Below are positions 10,094 through 21,000 of a DNA stretch of 64,000 nucleotides, one piece after another. The notes under the pieces are model-generated. The model saw only the letters and a program-made list of their open reading frames with translations. It searched no databases and had not been told where the DNA came from. This stretch comes from Nitrospirota bacterium. GTDB lineage: Bacteria; Nitrospirota; UBA9217. The first letter of the stretch is position 1, and each line of letters starts with the position of its first letter. Location of the stretch: assembly GCA_963845065.1 (NCBI GenBank), contig CAWJQQ010000001.1:672001-736000 (forward strand), in the 5' to 3' direction. Both the position numbers and the translations under genes were made by a program.

Positions 10094-10200
10094 GCAGCGG
10101 TCTTCCTACAAGGCCACACAAAGCGCATTTACCGGACGTAATTACGTGCAGCCAATAATACCGCGCTATCAGCAAGGTGCTTCTTGCTTCTCCCCAGCGA
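10094..10200 (-). promoter_or_regulatory. Possible degenerate yybP-ykoY (Mn2+) riboswitch
   Basis: GGGGAGAAGC...CGTAATTACG.CCGGT...AGGAAGACC in the order expected for the motif; P1 pairing weak. Confidence 0.4.
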
Positions 10201-10809
10201 GGGCAAATCTTAGATGGAAAAACCAGTTATTGATGTAACGGAGAGGCGCTGATTGGCTTAACACGTGTAGCAGTTTATCCGCCGGTTTTTGGAAAAGGCT
10301 TGTGCAACAAAGCATTATTGTCCAGGAATCACGATTATTTATCAGTAGTTTTTCTCTTAGTTGAAGAAGCCTTTCATCAGAATACACCACATCTATATAA
10401 GCGCATCTGTTCTGTATATCTGTATACTTGACAGCTTTTGAATATTTTTTCAATGAACTTTTAAACACGATCGACATACAGACAGCACGGAACGCCCTTT
10501 AGGCCCATAGGAATGAAACATCGGAAAATGCATTTAACCTACCAGTTGGCGATTTGAGGCGATTGACTACAATAAAGACATTGCGCAAATTAAATAGTAA
10601 CTGAATCGGTTTTTTGTCATGTGTTGACTGCGGTTTCATCATTTATCCTTAAAGGGCTGAGGAGGCGACTGTACTGTACGTTTTAGGTGCCCGCGATACC
10701 CTGATTGCAGGAAGTGCAAGAATGTTAGAAGATGAGGACCTTTCGAGCGGTATCAGGCTATCTTCCTAATGATGAAGCATCTGCAGCGAATTCCGGGGCT
10801 TTCTGTAAT

Positions 10810-11193
10810 TTATTTTTCTTTCAGTACTTTCGTGCGTGCCTTTCGGCGAGCTTTGGCATGCACTTCAGTGCTCGTGCCTTCGAGCACCTTGATCTGTGCT
10901 TCAAGGGCTTGAATCCGGGCAACAAGCTCCTTCACCCCTGCGTCGAGAGTGGGGTTTTTGGCTTTGGCACCGTTCATAAGTTGATATGCTTTTGCGCCGA
11001 GATCAGCAATCGTATCATGGATCTTTGCTTTGATTCTTAATACCTTGTACTGTCGTTTTCCTTCTTCTGTGAGTTCCCCGGCTTTCTTCTGCACCATAAC
11101 GGCGCCTTGCTTCACTGCAGTCATGCTTTTTTCCAGACCTTGCTGCAGATCCTTCTTGATTGCGTCCCAGTTGAGACCCTCAAGATAGCCCAT
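10810..11193 (-). CDS. Hypothetical coiled-coil protein (paralogue of 7714-8163)
   Basis: AGGAGGTG RBS; MGYLEGLNWDAIKKDLQ vs MGYLDNMNWEKIKKELQ. Confidence 0.75.
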   Translation of the reverse strand: MGYLEGLNWDAIKKDLQQGLEKSMTAVKQGAVMVQKKAGELTEEGKRQYKVLRIKAKIHDTIADLGAKAYQLMNGAKAKNPTLDAGVKELVARIQALEAQIKVLEGTSTEVHAKARRKARTKVLKEK

Positions 11194-11459
11194 TACGATC
11201 ACCTCCTGTTGGAATGGAATACTCATTGTTTTATTATCATTGTAACATAATAGACGTAATTCCGGTGATACAATACATTAAGAAATGTGAATTGAATAAG
11301 TGACAGTGGATTTATAGCGGCCAAAGAGTCAAGAACCACACTTATACAAACAATTCAGGTTTACTTGCCATGAAATCCTACGGCTAGACCTTACTATCAT
11401 TGCTCCCTTCCAGATTATCCCTAACCGAGAGGGGAGCACACTGAGAGGTAAAAAATTGA

Positions 11460-12146
11460 ATGTACTCAGAGAATCAAATAAAAGACGATGCGAGTGAATG
11501 GGTGATCCTCCTGCACGGCCTTGGCCGTTACAGACAGTCCATGCAAAGGCTTGAGCGGCATCTAAAAAGCTTCGGCTATTTGACCGTAAACCTCGCCTAT
11601 CCCTCGACAACCAAAACGATCGAGGCGATCGCCGAAACATATCTTGCGAGCGCTATACAGGGCTGTGAAGCGCAAAGGGCGGGGAAAATCCATTTTGTAG
11701 CTCACTCCCTTGGCGGTATCATCGTCCGTCAATACCTGCAGCGACACTCAGTGCCCGCAGGCAGCAGACTCGTCATGCTCTCCCCGCCGAACCAGGGGAG
11801 CGAACTCGTCGATCTGCTCATGCAGATCCCCTTCTTCCGCTGGTTTACGGGCCCGGCTGGCAAGGAGATCGGAAGGGGGCCAGAGTCCGTGGTCAATCAC
11901 TTGAAGCCGGTTGGGATCGACGTTGGCGTTATTGCGGGTAATTTGAGCATCAATCTTGTGTCATCCACTTTCATCGAAGGACCCGACGATGGCATGGTTT
12001 CAGTGAAGAGCACTATGCTGCCGGAGATGCGCGACTTTATTGTCGTCCATAATACTCATACATTTATCATGAGAGATCCGCTGGTGATGAAGCAGGTTAC
12101 ATATTTCCTCAAGCACGGCAGATTTGACCACGGCAGGACGCAATGA
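11460..12146 (+). CDS. Alpha/beta hydrolase (esterase/lipase family)
   Basis: LLHGL, AHSLGG nucleophile elbow, PPNQGS, DDGMV and HTFI motifs. Confidence 0.88.
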   Translation: MYSENQIKDDASEWVILLHGLGRYRQSMQRLERHLKSFGYLTVNLAYPSTTKTIEAIAETYLASAIQGCEAQRAGKIHFVAHSLGGIIVRQYLQRHSVPAGSRLVMLSPPNQGSELVDLLMQIPFFRWFTGPAGKEIGRGPESVVNHLKPVGIDVGVIAGNLSINLVSSTFIEGPDDGMVSVKSTMLPEMRDFIVVHNTHTFIMRDPLVMKQVTYFLKHGRFDHGRTQ

Positions 12147-12316
12147 ATCGAACAGGGATCTAGTCTTATCGCTATTGAATCCGTAGTTTGTTCTCCAACC
12201 CGTCGTCAGCGTGCCCTCACTCCTAGCGTTCTTAATCCTTATCACCAATCCCCGGCGTACGTGTCTCCGTTGCTTGTCCATGCCTCTGGTAGCCTGCCCG
12301 AAGTAATGCGGCACTT

Positions 12317-13015
12317 TCAGCCGAAAAGCCGAAACCGCATAGAGTGTACATATTTCAAGAAGGAGGTGCCGAAGAAGTAGTCGGAAGCGCAGGCTATTGG
12401 ATAAAATAACGCCTGCCAGACCGTGAGCTTCGTGTGTGTGGTGATGAGATAGGGTGCGACCAGAAACCGGAAAAAGACGATATATGCGGCAAGGGCCGTT
12501 GTCGTAGCCATGAATCGCCCGACCACACGGCTCCAGATCGCGGAGGTGGCCTTGTGCGCCACCTTGCGTGCAATCTCTTCATTCGAATGGAGCATGATCT
12601 GCTTGAATAGTCGTCTAAATATTGAAATCTGGGCATCAGCCTCGTCGAGCCGTCGGTACACCTCCCGCTGAACTCTACCGCGAATAAAAGAGCGTGGATT
12701 GCCGCGGTAAACGAAGATGAGAGAGAAGAGGTCGGGCAGTCCCCGAAGCACCCGCACAAGGCTTTCGACAACCGACGCCATGTACACGGAGCAGATGACC
12801 AACACACTCACTCCGCGCTTTAGAATCCATCCTGATCCATAGACGGCAACCAGCAAGAGGAACACGTTTACTACGATCTTGACAATCTGAGTCGTGAACA
12901 GTGCGAGAATCCGTTTCACGGACTCATACTCTGTCTTGACCTGTATGCGGCTGGAAACATAGTCTGAGGCCAGCAGCTTGGCAATGGCGAGGCTGAATGG
13001 GAAAACGAAGTCCAT
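12317..13015 (-). CDS. Hypothetical membrane protein
   Basis: Long ORF with 3-4 hydrophobic segments; the ORF-track start (13087) lies inside the IS TIR, so an internal ATG was chosen. Confidence 0.55.
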   Translation of the reverse strand: MDFVFPFSLAIAKLLASDYVSSRIQVKTEYESVKRILALFTTQIVKIVVNVFLLLVAVYGSGWILKRGVSVLVICSVYMASVVESLVRVLRGLPDLFSLIFVYRGNPRSFIRGRVQREVYRRLDEADAQISIFRRLFKQIMLHSNEEIARKVAHKATSAIWSRVVGRFMATTTALAAYIVFFRFLVAPYLITTHTKLTVWQALFYPIACASDYFFGTSFLKYVHSMRFRLFG

Positions 13016-13074
13016 AGTGATTTTTTGGTCGGGCAATACATTTCTACTAACGATTTCCTCAACTTTAGTTAAGG

Positions 13075-14563
13075 GAGCCTCTTGCAAAAGTCTCTTTAAA
13101 ATTGTCCGATCTTATTCAGTCCGTGTTTTCAACGAAAATCCGTAGGAAATCATTGTCAACTTGCATCAAAATACAGCATAATGCGCGTGCAGCCATGTAT
13201 TTTTTAGTGTGTAGGCGTAGTTCTCCGCGCAATGCTGCAAATTTTCACTACATTGCCTAGTCTATGTCGCCATTTTCATCAACTGATCAGCGAACAATGC
13301 GATGATTCCAAACATAAGGTGGAGCTTTACTTTTCCAGCGCCACGAACCATCACCGTCTCGCCGCCGAAGTCGCACTTTAATCTGCTGTTCGTACGCTCC
13401 GCTACCGTACGTTCGTTGTATCGTTTCGCTTCCGCAGGCGCAAGCGGGATCGCCTGTCCACGACGTGGATTCGGATCAATGATTGGGACATGGCCTAGTA
13501 TTCTACTCATCTGATGAATCTGATGCGCGTCATAGGCGGAATCCATTAGGTCATACAAATAGGTCACCTTTTCACTCGTCATTTTCATCAAGGGAATCGC
13601 AACCTGGCTGTCATGCAATGACGCCGAGGTGAGCACGGTGCTGATCGGAAACCCGTTGTCGTTCGTATCCACATGTAGCTTGTAACCGATCCACGTCTCT
13701 TTGTATCCCTGGGCATTCTTCTTGGCCCCAACGGTGCAAACGGCCGGCAGTTCTCCGATAGCCGCAGATGCTGTTTGTCCAACCTGTCGGTCCAGACGCC
13801 TCTCTTTTTTATTCCTGACCTCACCTTTTTTCGGACGTCCTTTGGGTTTCGGCTTCTGCGCTACCGTTTTTTCTTTTACCTTCATTTTGACCGGCTTCTC
13901 ATTTCCCTTGATCGCTGTCGAGTCACGCGACACATGGCCGATCAACTGATCCGACAAGTGTAACGTTACCATAGCATTGAGCACTCGATCGCCAAGCTCA
14001 CTTGCAGAATATTCCGCAAAGGCGCGGGAAAACGTCGCCTCCGACGGTAGCGTGCTCTCCTGCACTCGTTCTACGATTAACTCCCCGTTCTCTCGCCGCG
14101 CCTTCTTAACCGTCCTGAACCCTCTCCCGCTGAATCCGCAGATACCACGCAGATTCGGCATCGTATCCAAGCCTTCCATCAGCGCCCGCGTCGTAGGAAA
14201 CCTATAAACCGCCTTTGCTACAAATGCCCGCGCAATCGCGTAACGATCAACCAATTTCCGACCCATCCACTGCAACTCTGGGGTCTTTACATAATCTTCT
14301 ACCTGGAGAATCTCGAGAATGGTTATAAGGCGTTTCTGTTTGTCCGTCATCGGATCAGAAAAATATGTCTGCAGAATCGGGAATAAATCTACCTGTACTT
14401 TAGCCTTTAACCATGATATAGTTTCTTTCAGCGGATTCATCGGCTCTCCTTTTGTTTGGTTTCGTTGGCAAACAAATCATACCAGAAGGAGAGCTTCTTT
14501 ACCTCAAAAAACCCATCATTTCTACAAAAAAATCGCTTACTTCATAACTTTTGCAAGAGGCTC
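13075..14563 (-). mobile_element. IS1182/IS5-like insertion sequence
   Basis: Perfect 17-bp TIRs GAGCCTCTTGCAAAAGT (13075-13091, 14547-14563) flanked by a 4-bp AAGG direct repeat. Confidence 0.9.
13262..14440 (-). CDS. DDE transposase (IS1182/IS5-like)
   Basis: SRDSTAI, GYKLH, HDSQ, MDSAYD and Y.ER..AER.NSRLK motifs. Confidence 0.9.
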   Translation of the reverse strand: MNPLKETISWLKAKVQVDLFPILQTYFSDPMTDKQKRLITILEILQVEDYVKTPELQWMGRKLVDRYAIARAFVAKAVYRFPTTRALMEGLDTMPNLRGICGFSGRGFRTVKKARRENGELIVERVQESTLPSEATFSRAFAEYSASELGDRVLNAMVTLHLSDQLIGHVSRDSTAIKGNEKPVKMKVKEKTVAQKPKPKGRPKKGEVRNKKERRLDRQVGQTASAAIGELPAVCTVGAKKNAQGYKETWIGYKLHVDTNDNGFPISTVLTSASLHDSQVAIPLMKMTSEKVTYLYDLMDSAYDAHQIHQMSRILGHVPIIDPNPRRGQAIPLAPAEAKRYNERTVAERTNSRLKCDFGGETVMVRGAGKVKLHLMFGIIALFADQLMKMAT

Positions 14564-15104
14564 AAGGTAATAAGTATTACCCAACATACCTAATCGGCTT
14601 TTGGTGTAATACCGGCAAACAATGCGTTCTTTTTCTGATATTACCACAATTACAATTAGGATTCATAGGGTCATAGATTCAATTCCCTAATTTTCTTCTA
14701 AATAGTTTTCGATCTAGCACAACCATGTACTCCCTTCTATAATATGCTAAAAAAAAGACTTTCATTAATTAGGTTGTGTTGTTTCGAAAAAGGATCAACA
14801 ATCGCTAAAATACAATCAATAAAAAATGTTCACGAGGATAAGAGCGTTCTTTAATATACTACTTGGAGTCCAAAATCGATTTGAAAATAAATGAATTGGT
14901 TTCGAAGATGGGACTGTGAGCCGCGATAATCAGGGGCACATTGAAACATATAGGCACGGTTTTTGTTGAGAGCGAGTAGAACAAATTTGCGGAGGTCATG
15001 GCCGTATCCGTTACTCAGAGCAAATGGTAAGTCCTGAGCGGAAAAGCTCAGAAGGAAAGAGACCTCCTGCTGAACAAACTTTTTTATATTGAAAAAGCAA
15101 GACT

Positions 15105-15437
15105 TCAGAAGTTTTTTTTCCGGTTCCTGGTTGCAAGCCCAGGTGATGCGATCTGGGCTGTATGTTGTTTGCGGACTTTGGCATATGTCTTACACGTGGG
15201 ATACTGTGAGCATCTGAAACGTAAAATCGTCTCCTCTTCCTTATATAAGTGCATGCGGTTACCACAGGTTGAGCATAAAGGTCTTGTTTGAATTTGTGTA
15301 TGATGAGAACTCGTAAATTGTAAGCCGCACATTAAGCAAAGATAGCGCTGTTTTCCCGTATGTGCTTTCCCATCACGATAAACCGCCTTCGATCCACAGG
15401 CAGGGCACTGTATTTTACTGATGGTATCTTTCGACAT
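15105..15437 (-). CDS. Double zinc-ribbon protein (IS1 InsA-like ribbon + C4 ribbon)
   Basis: CPACGS..VYRDG...GKQRYLCLMCG..F, then CSTCG..M.....FRCSQYPTC; GGAGG RBS. Confidence 0.8.
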   Translation of the reverse strand: MSKDTISKIQCPACGSKAVYRDGKAHTGKQRYLCLMCGLQFTSSHHTQIQTRPLCSTCGNRMHLYKEEETILRFRCSQYPTCKTYAKVRKQHTAQIASPGLATRNRKKNF

Positions 15438-15881
15438 TGTGTACCCTCCGATAAGATGGAAGCATCACAGAACTTAGCTGTGGACAGTGTTGTACCTTGC
15501 CTGCATCAACAATGCATTATTATGTGGCACAGAGATCGTCTATATTCGCGGTCTGATACCGTAGCTGAAGCTGTTGTTTGACATGGCTATGACCGCAAAG
15601 AAGGATCTATTAGTGTTTTTTTGAAAGCGACCAAGCGTGCAAAATTTGACTGCCATTTTTTACAGTAGTCATGTGTTGCTCCTGCACTAGTCTTTGAATA
15701 GCACCGTATGCTATTTGTACTCTTTATCAAAGTGGCTTGATGGTGCGTCGCTGAACTTTGTTCTGCGATGTTTTTCATCTTTTTCTGGGAGGATGCATAA
15801 AGTGCCACATGGTCCTTTTCTAATCCCCATAATGCTCATCTCCTCGCAACACTATTTCCAGGAACGAAGGACGCCGGTCAT

Positions 15882-15916
15882 AATATCCAGTGCAACAAAT
15901 ATCCAGTGCAACAAAT
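15882..15916. repeat. Tandem 16-bp direct repeat AATATCCAGTGCAACA x2
   Basis: Seen directly in the divergent intergenic region. Confidence 0.85.
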
Positions 15917-16254
15917 GCTGATTTTTTGACAATAATCTAGGGCCATGGTCATGATTGGTGCTGAACAGAATATACTATCGGCAGCCCGGTGAGTCTATCA
16001 CTTCATGTACATTCGAAGACATCCGGAATCACTGATGATTAATCGTGGACTCTGCATTCAACTTAATAATTTTCTCATCTTACCATGAGAAAGTTACATG
16101 AATATTACAGGGAATGAAATAAATGCATCTTGCCGGGGATTCGCGTTCCAATGACTATTGTCTTTATGGCGGGGTAGGGAAGTAATGAAAGTGAAGTTGG
16201 ACATACTTTGTGGAAGCGAATATACTTTAAATACATTAGAAAGGAGATCGAAAT

Positions 16255-16563
16255 ATGGCACTTTTAGATGATGCATTGAAAGGTAATATTGTAACTGGTT
16301 TGGCTATCGGTATCGGCGCAGCAATACTGGCACCCGTAATTATTCCTTTGTTTGCTAATATCGCAAAGCCACTGGCAAAAGCCACAATAAAGGGGGGCAT
16401 GCAGCTGTACGAACGAGGCAAAGAAACTTTTGCAGAAATAGCTGAAATTACAGAAGATATTGTGGCTGAAGCAAAGGCTGAACTGGCCGAGTCGGCAGTA
16501 GCAGCGTCAGCACCGGCGGCTTCAGCGGTTGCTGGTTCCGAAGGTGGGCCAGCATCGTCATGA
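16255..16563 (+). CDS. DUF5132-like small membrane protein (GxxxG; FezA-like)
   Basis: GLAIGIGAAILAP TM, KPLAKA.IKGG..LYE and ED.VAEAKAE; AAGGAG RBS. Confidence 0.85.
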   Translation: MALLDDALKGNIVTGLAIGIGAAILAPVIIPLFANIAKPLAKATIKGGMQLYERGKETFAEIAEITEDIVAEAKAELAESAVAASAPAASAVAGSEGGPASS

Positions 16564-17051
16564 TCCCGGCAGCTGTAGTTGCCCATTCCTCAAGCGGGAG
16601 ATTGCGGATTAAGATCGCCTCACAAAGAGGAAATATTGTTGCGCTTAAGTCCCAAGGGGACCAGCTTGCTACATGTCCAGGCATCCTCTCCATTGAAGTA
16701 AACCCGGGTACGGGGAGCATACTTTTACTGCATCAAACGACAGTGAAGGAGATCGCAGAGTTTGCAAGGTCCAGGAACCTTTTTTCGCTTGAGGAACAAA
16801 AGGGTTCAAGAGTGCCATCTGCAGCACTTCATAGGAATATTGGCGATACGTTCAAGAGTGTTGATAGGCAGATACAGAACCTCACGGGTGGTGATTTAGA
16901 CCTGAGCGGGTTCGCAGTAGCAGCCTTGATTATAGCGGGTAGTGCACAAATCCTATCGGGAAATGCAGGTCCACTACCGTGGTCCGCAGCATACTGGTAT
17001 GCATACAATCTCTACTCAAAAACAAAGGACAGGGAAAAGAGAGAACCGTAA
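16560..17051 (+). CDS. HMA2-like (Cys-less HMA) membrane protein, FezC-like
   Basis: H...GRLRIK...VNPGTGSILL domain with a C-terminal hydrophobic segment; ATGA overlap with the upstream gene. Confidence 0.8.
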   Translation: MIPAAVVAHSSSGRLRIKIASQRGNIVALKSQGDQLATCPGILSIEVNPGTGSILLLHQTTVKEIAEFARSRNLFSLEEQKGSRVPSAALHRNIGDTFKSVDRQIQNLTGGDLDLSGFAVAALIIAGSAQILSGNAGPLPWSAAYWYAYNLYSKTKDREKREP

Positions 17052-17222
17052 ACAGCACTGAAAAATGTGGGAACCCTCCCAGCCGGTAACCGCCTTGTCA
17101 GCTACGACAGCTTCGAGGAATAGGCAAATCTGTTTCCTGAAAAATCTAGTCCTAAAATTGTTAAAATATCCGGCGCTCAAGACATACGATCTGATCTTGT
17201 GACGCCTTGTAGGAGCAACGCC

Positions 17223-17951
17223 ATGAGTGACCATAAGCAAAAGGCACCGACGAAGAAAACCGTGAAACGTAGTCTGCACGGCATATCATCTGAATCGGAT
17301 ATTGAAATTACAACGGGTATGACTTCTAAAGGAGGACCTGACATGACAAATACAGAAACCATAGGTGTTGAAACGTCATCTAAAGACATCGGCAAAGCGG
17401 GATCTGCCGTGAAAGAGGGCGTCGTGAGCAGTCTCAAGGGGATCAACGAGATCGAAGCGGAGATCGTCAGTCTCGTCAGGAACACTGTATCCAACACGCT
17501 TCGTGCAACAGGTTCAGTGGCCGAAGAAGCACTTGGCATCACGAAGGATGTAGTCAAAGGAGCCATTCAGGCCACTGAAGAAGTAGGTACGGGCCTCATC
17601 TTGAGCACAAAGAGCGTGGCAAAAGGGGTGGTCATGGGCGTAAGCGATGTTGGCGGTGATGTTATTTCCGTGGCAGGCCAGACCGTCAAGGGTGCGGTCA
17701 CGGGTGCTGCCGAGATCGGCGCGGATGTCGCTATGGTCGCCCGCCGGGCTGTAGACGGAGTGATCGAGGCTACGAAGGAAGTCGGGGGGAATGCCGAGGA
17801 AGTTGCGAAAGTCGCCGTTACTGGCGCGATTGATGCTGCAGCTGCGATTGGCAACACGGCGGTCAAGGCTGTTAAGGACATGCTGGTCGGTGTTGTTGAA
17901 GGAGTCAAAGAAGTCGCGAGCAACGCATTGCCGAAGTCGAAACAGGTTTAA
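17223..17951 (+). CDS. Ala/Val/Gly-rich protein with ~8 tandem 22-aa amphipathic repeats
   Basis: 22-residue periodicity visible; alternative start at 17343 (AAAGGAGG RBS). Confidence 0.8.
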   Translation: MSDHKQKAPTKKTVKRSLHGISSESDIEITTGMTSKGGPDMTNTETIGVETSSKDIGKAGSAVKEGVVSSLKGINEIEAEIVSLVRNTVSNTLRATGSVAEEALGITKDVVKGAIQATEEVGTGLILSTKSVAKGVVMGVSDVGGDVISVAGQTVKGAVTGAAEIGADVAMVARRAVDGVIEATKEVGGNAEEVAKVAVTGAIDAAAAIGNTAVKAVKDMLVGVVEGVKEVASNALPKSKQV

Positions 17952-18006
17952 ACAGTCAATACCTGGCTTATGATCGGCTCATATTTCAGAGGGGGAGGAA
18001 TCGCGC

Positions 18007-21000
18007 GTGGTTCAGGCCGTTCATACGTCTGTAAAAGGACGGGCCCGTTATAAAGTAGAGGGTCTGTACCGCTCGGAACAATTAAAACAGCAGATCGAAC
18101 AGGATCTTGCTGAGCACAAGTGGATACTGAGCTTTTCAATAAATACCCTTACGGGAAGTGTCCTCGTGCTGTTCGAATCGCAGAACGGCAACAATCATGC
18201 ATCAGCGATAGTTTCGCTCCTGAATGCTGTTGTCGAACGTACCAAAGGTGAACTAGTCCAAGGCAAGGAAGACCGTTTCCCTTCTGCGCCGCAAGAGAAG
18301 GGAATGGCTAGGGTAAGCCTCTCGCCAACCGCAGTCACTCCTTCTTTCACACCTACCGGCAAGGAAGTGCCGACCCTGCGAACCGTTCGCAAAGAGGTTT
18401 CCAATGCTGAGGATCAGCAGGAAGAGCCTTGGCACTGTATGGCGAAGAAGGATGTACTGCAGAGATGGGGCACATCGGCATCGAATGGCTTATCCGAGGA
18501 AGCAGCTCGTCTATTGTATATCCAGTACGGACCCAACATCCTACCTGAATCTGTTCCCCGATCCGGTTGGAGCATGTTCTTCGATCAGTTTAAATCCCTT
18601 CCTGTAGCTCTTCTCGGCGTTGCAGCGGGTATTTCCATTGCTACCGGCGGCTTTGCGGATGCCGTCGTGATCATGGGGGTCGTCGTCATCAACGCCTCCA
18701 TCGGATATTACACCGAGAACCAGACGGAAAAGATTATCCACGGGTTGAAGAGCCTCGTGCAACCGACCTCAACGGTGATCCGTGGCGGTGTTATGGCGAT
18801 CATCGATGCCAAGGAGGTCGTGCCCGGCGATCTAATCGTGCTGAGACCGGGAAGTTATATTGCGGCAGATGCCCGTCTCATAGAAGCAAAATATTTGAGC
18901 ATCGATGAATCGGCGTTAACGGGCGAAAGCATGCCGGCCATGAAAACCGCCGATGAACTGCAGGTACAGGACATCCCCCTTGCTGACCGCACCAACATGG
19001 TCTATATGGGGACCTTGGTTACAGGCGGACAGGGACTCGCCGTGGCGGTGGCGACAGGGCGCTATACCGAGGTTGGCAAGATACAGACCATGGTGGGAGA
19101 GGCGCGGCCGCCGGACACGCCCCTGGAACGTCAGATGGACCACCTTGGTGTCCAGCTGGTATATATCACCTGTACCGTCTGCGGCATCGTCTTCATCGTA
19201 GGCCTTCTGCGCGGTTACGGTTTTCTCGAAATGCTGAAATCCTCCATTGCCCTTGCCGTCGCCGCGGTGCCGGAGGGGCTTCCGACCGTTGCGACCACAA
19301 CTCTCGCGCTCGGCATCAAGCGCATGCGGGGCATGAACGTGCTCATCCGCCACCTTGACGCAGTCGAAACGCTCGGATCGGTCGAGACCATCTGTCTTGA
19401 CAAGACCGGCACTATCACAATGAACAAGATGTCGGTGGTCCAGATGCATGCTGGCATGCGACGTCTCGATGTTGTTGATGGCAAGATCATGGTGGAAGGG
19501 AAAAGCATCAATCCCTATACAAACGAAGACGTCCTCCGGCTTCTCCATCTCTCGGTGCTCTGTAATGAATCGATGGTATCTGGACAGGAAGGCGACTACG
19601 TTGTGGAAGGCTCATCTACGGAGAATGCCCTAGTGAACCTTGCTCTAAGTAGCGGTGTGGATGTCGTTTCGCTTCGGGCTCAGCACCCCATCGTGAAGTT
19701 GAACCACCGTTCGGAAGAGCGGCATTACATGAGCTCCGTTCATCGCTCGAATGACCAGCAGCGGCTTATAGCTCTCAAGGGAAGCCCGTCCGAAGTGCTT
19801 TCACTCTGCAAATGGTATGTCAAGGACGGCCGGCAACTGGAGATGGACGACGATGCCCGCGCGGTCTTCGAAGCGGATAATGAACGGATGGCCGGCGAAG
19901 CGCTCCGAGTGCTGGCCGTAGCGTATGCAGTGTCCAACGGAGACACGCTGCGCAGCGGCGAGATTATCCAACAGGGGCTTATCTGGGTAGGTCTCGTCGG
20001 CATGGCCGATGTTGTCCGGAGTGGCGTCAAGAACCTCATTAGTACATTCCATCGTGCCGGGATCGATACCGTCATGATCACCGGTGACCAGAGCCCTACG
20101 GCCTATGCGATCGGCAAGGAGCTTAATCTGAGCAAGGGCGAGGAACTGGAGATCCTGGACTCCACCAACCTTAACCGGCTTGAGCCTGAGGTCATGAAGG
20201 CGCTTGCCGGGCGCGTTCATGTCTTCGCACGGGTGAGTCCTGCCAACAAACTCCAGATAGTTCAGGCGCTCCAGTCAGCAGGAAAGGTCATTGGCATGAC
20301 TGGCGACGGCATAAACGACGGACCGGCGCTTAAGGCGGCGGATATCGGGATCGCTCTAGGACACACTGGGACAGACGTGGCTCGGGAGGTAGCGGACGTG
20401 GTCCTGGAAGATGACAATCTCGAGACCATGGTCGTGGCCATAAGCCAGGGGAGAACGGTTTATAACAACTTACGAAAATCGGTCCGATACATGCTTTCGA
20501 AGAACACGAGCGAGATCATGATAATGTTCACCTCTCTTGCCGCCGGCATGGGGCAGCCGTTTAATGTCATGCAGCTTCTCTGGATCAACATGATTTCGGA
20601 CATCTTCCCCGGCATAGCTCTTGCCCAGGAACCGCCCGAGCCGGATGTCCTCCTGCGTCCTCCGCGGAGTCCCGAGGAACAGCTCATTAATCCGTCGGAC
20701 TATAAAAGGCTCCTCTTCGAGGCTTCCACCATCTCAGCAGGGACGCTGGCAGCATATGGCTACGGCGTCCTGCGCTACGGGCAGGGGCCCCAAGCTAGCA
20801 CGATGGCCTTCACGAACTTTGTTACGGCAGGACTCCTGCATGCTATCAGTCACCGTTCTGAATCACACAGCATCTTTGACGCTGAGCGGCTTGAACCGAA
20901 CAAATATCTCACCATTGCCCTAGCAGGCTCGTTAGGGGTGCAATCGCTTACTCTGGTCATCCCGGGCCTCCGGAGCTTCCTTGGTATGAGTCCTCTTAAT

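Noticed and set aside
13016..14680. IS1182-like element splitting the membrane-protein CDS
   Set aside because: The reconstructed empty site hits an in-frame stop ~10 codons upstream, so no 5' half is evident
16061..16080. Fur box upstream of the cluster
   Set aside because: The AT-rich match lacks correct 7-1-7 symmetry
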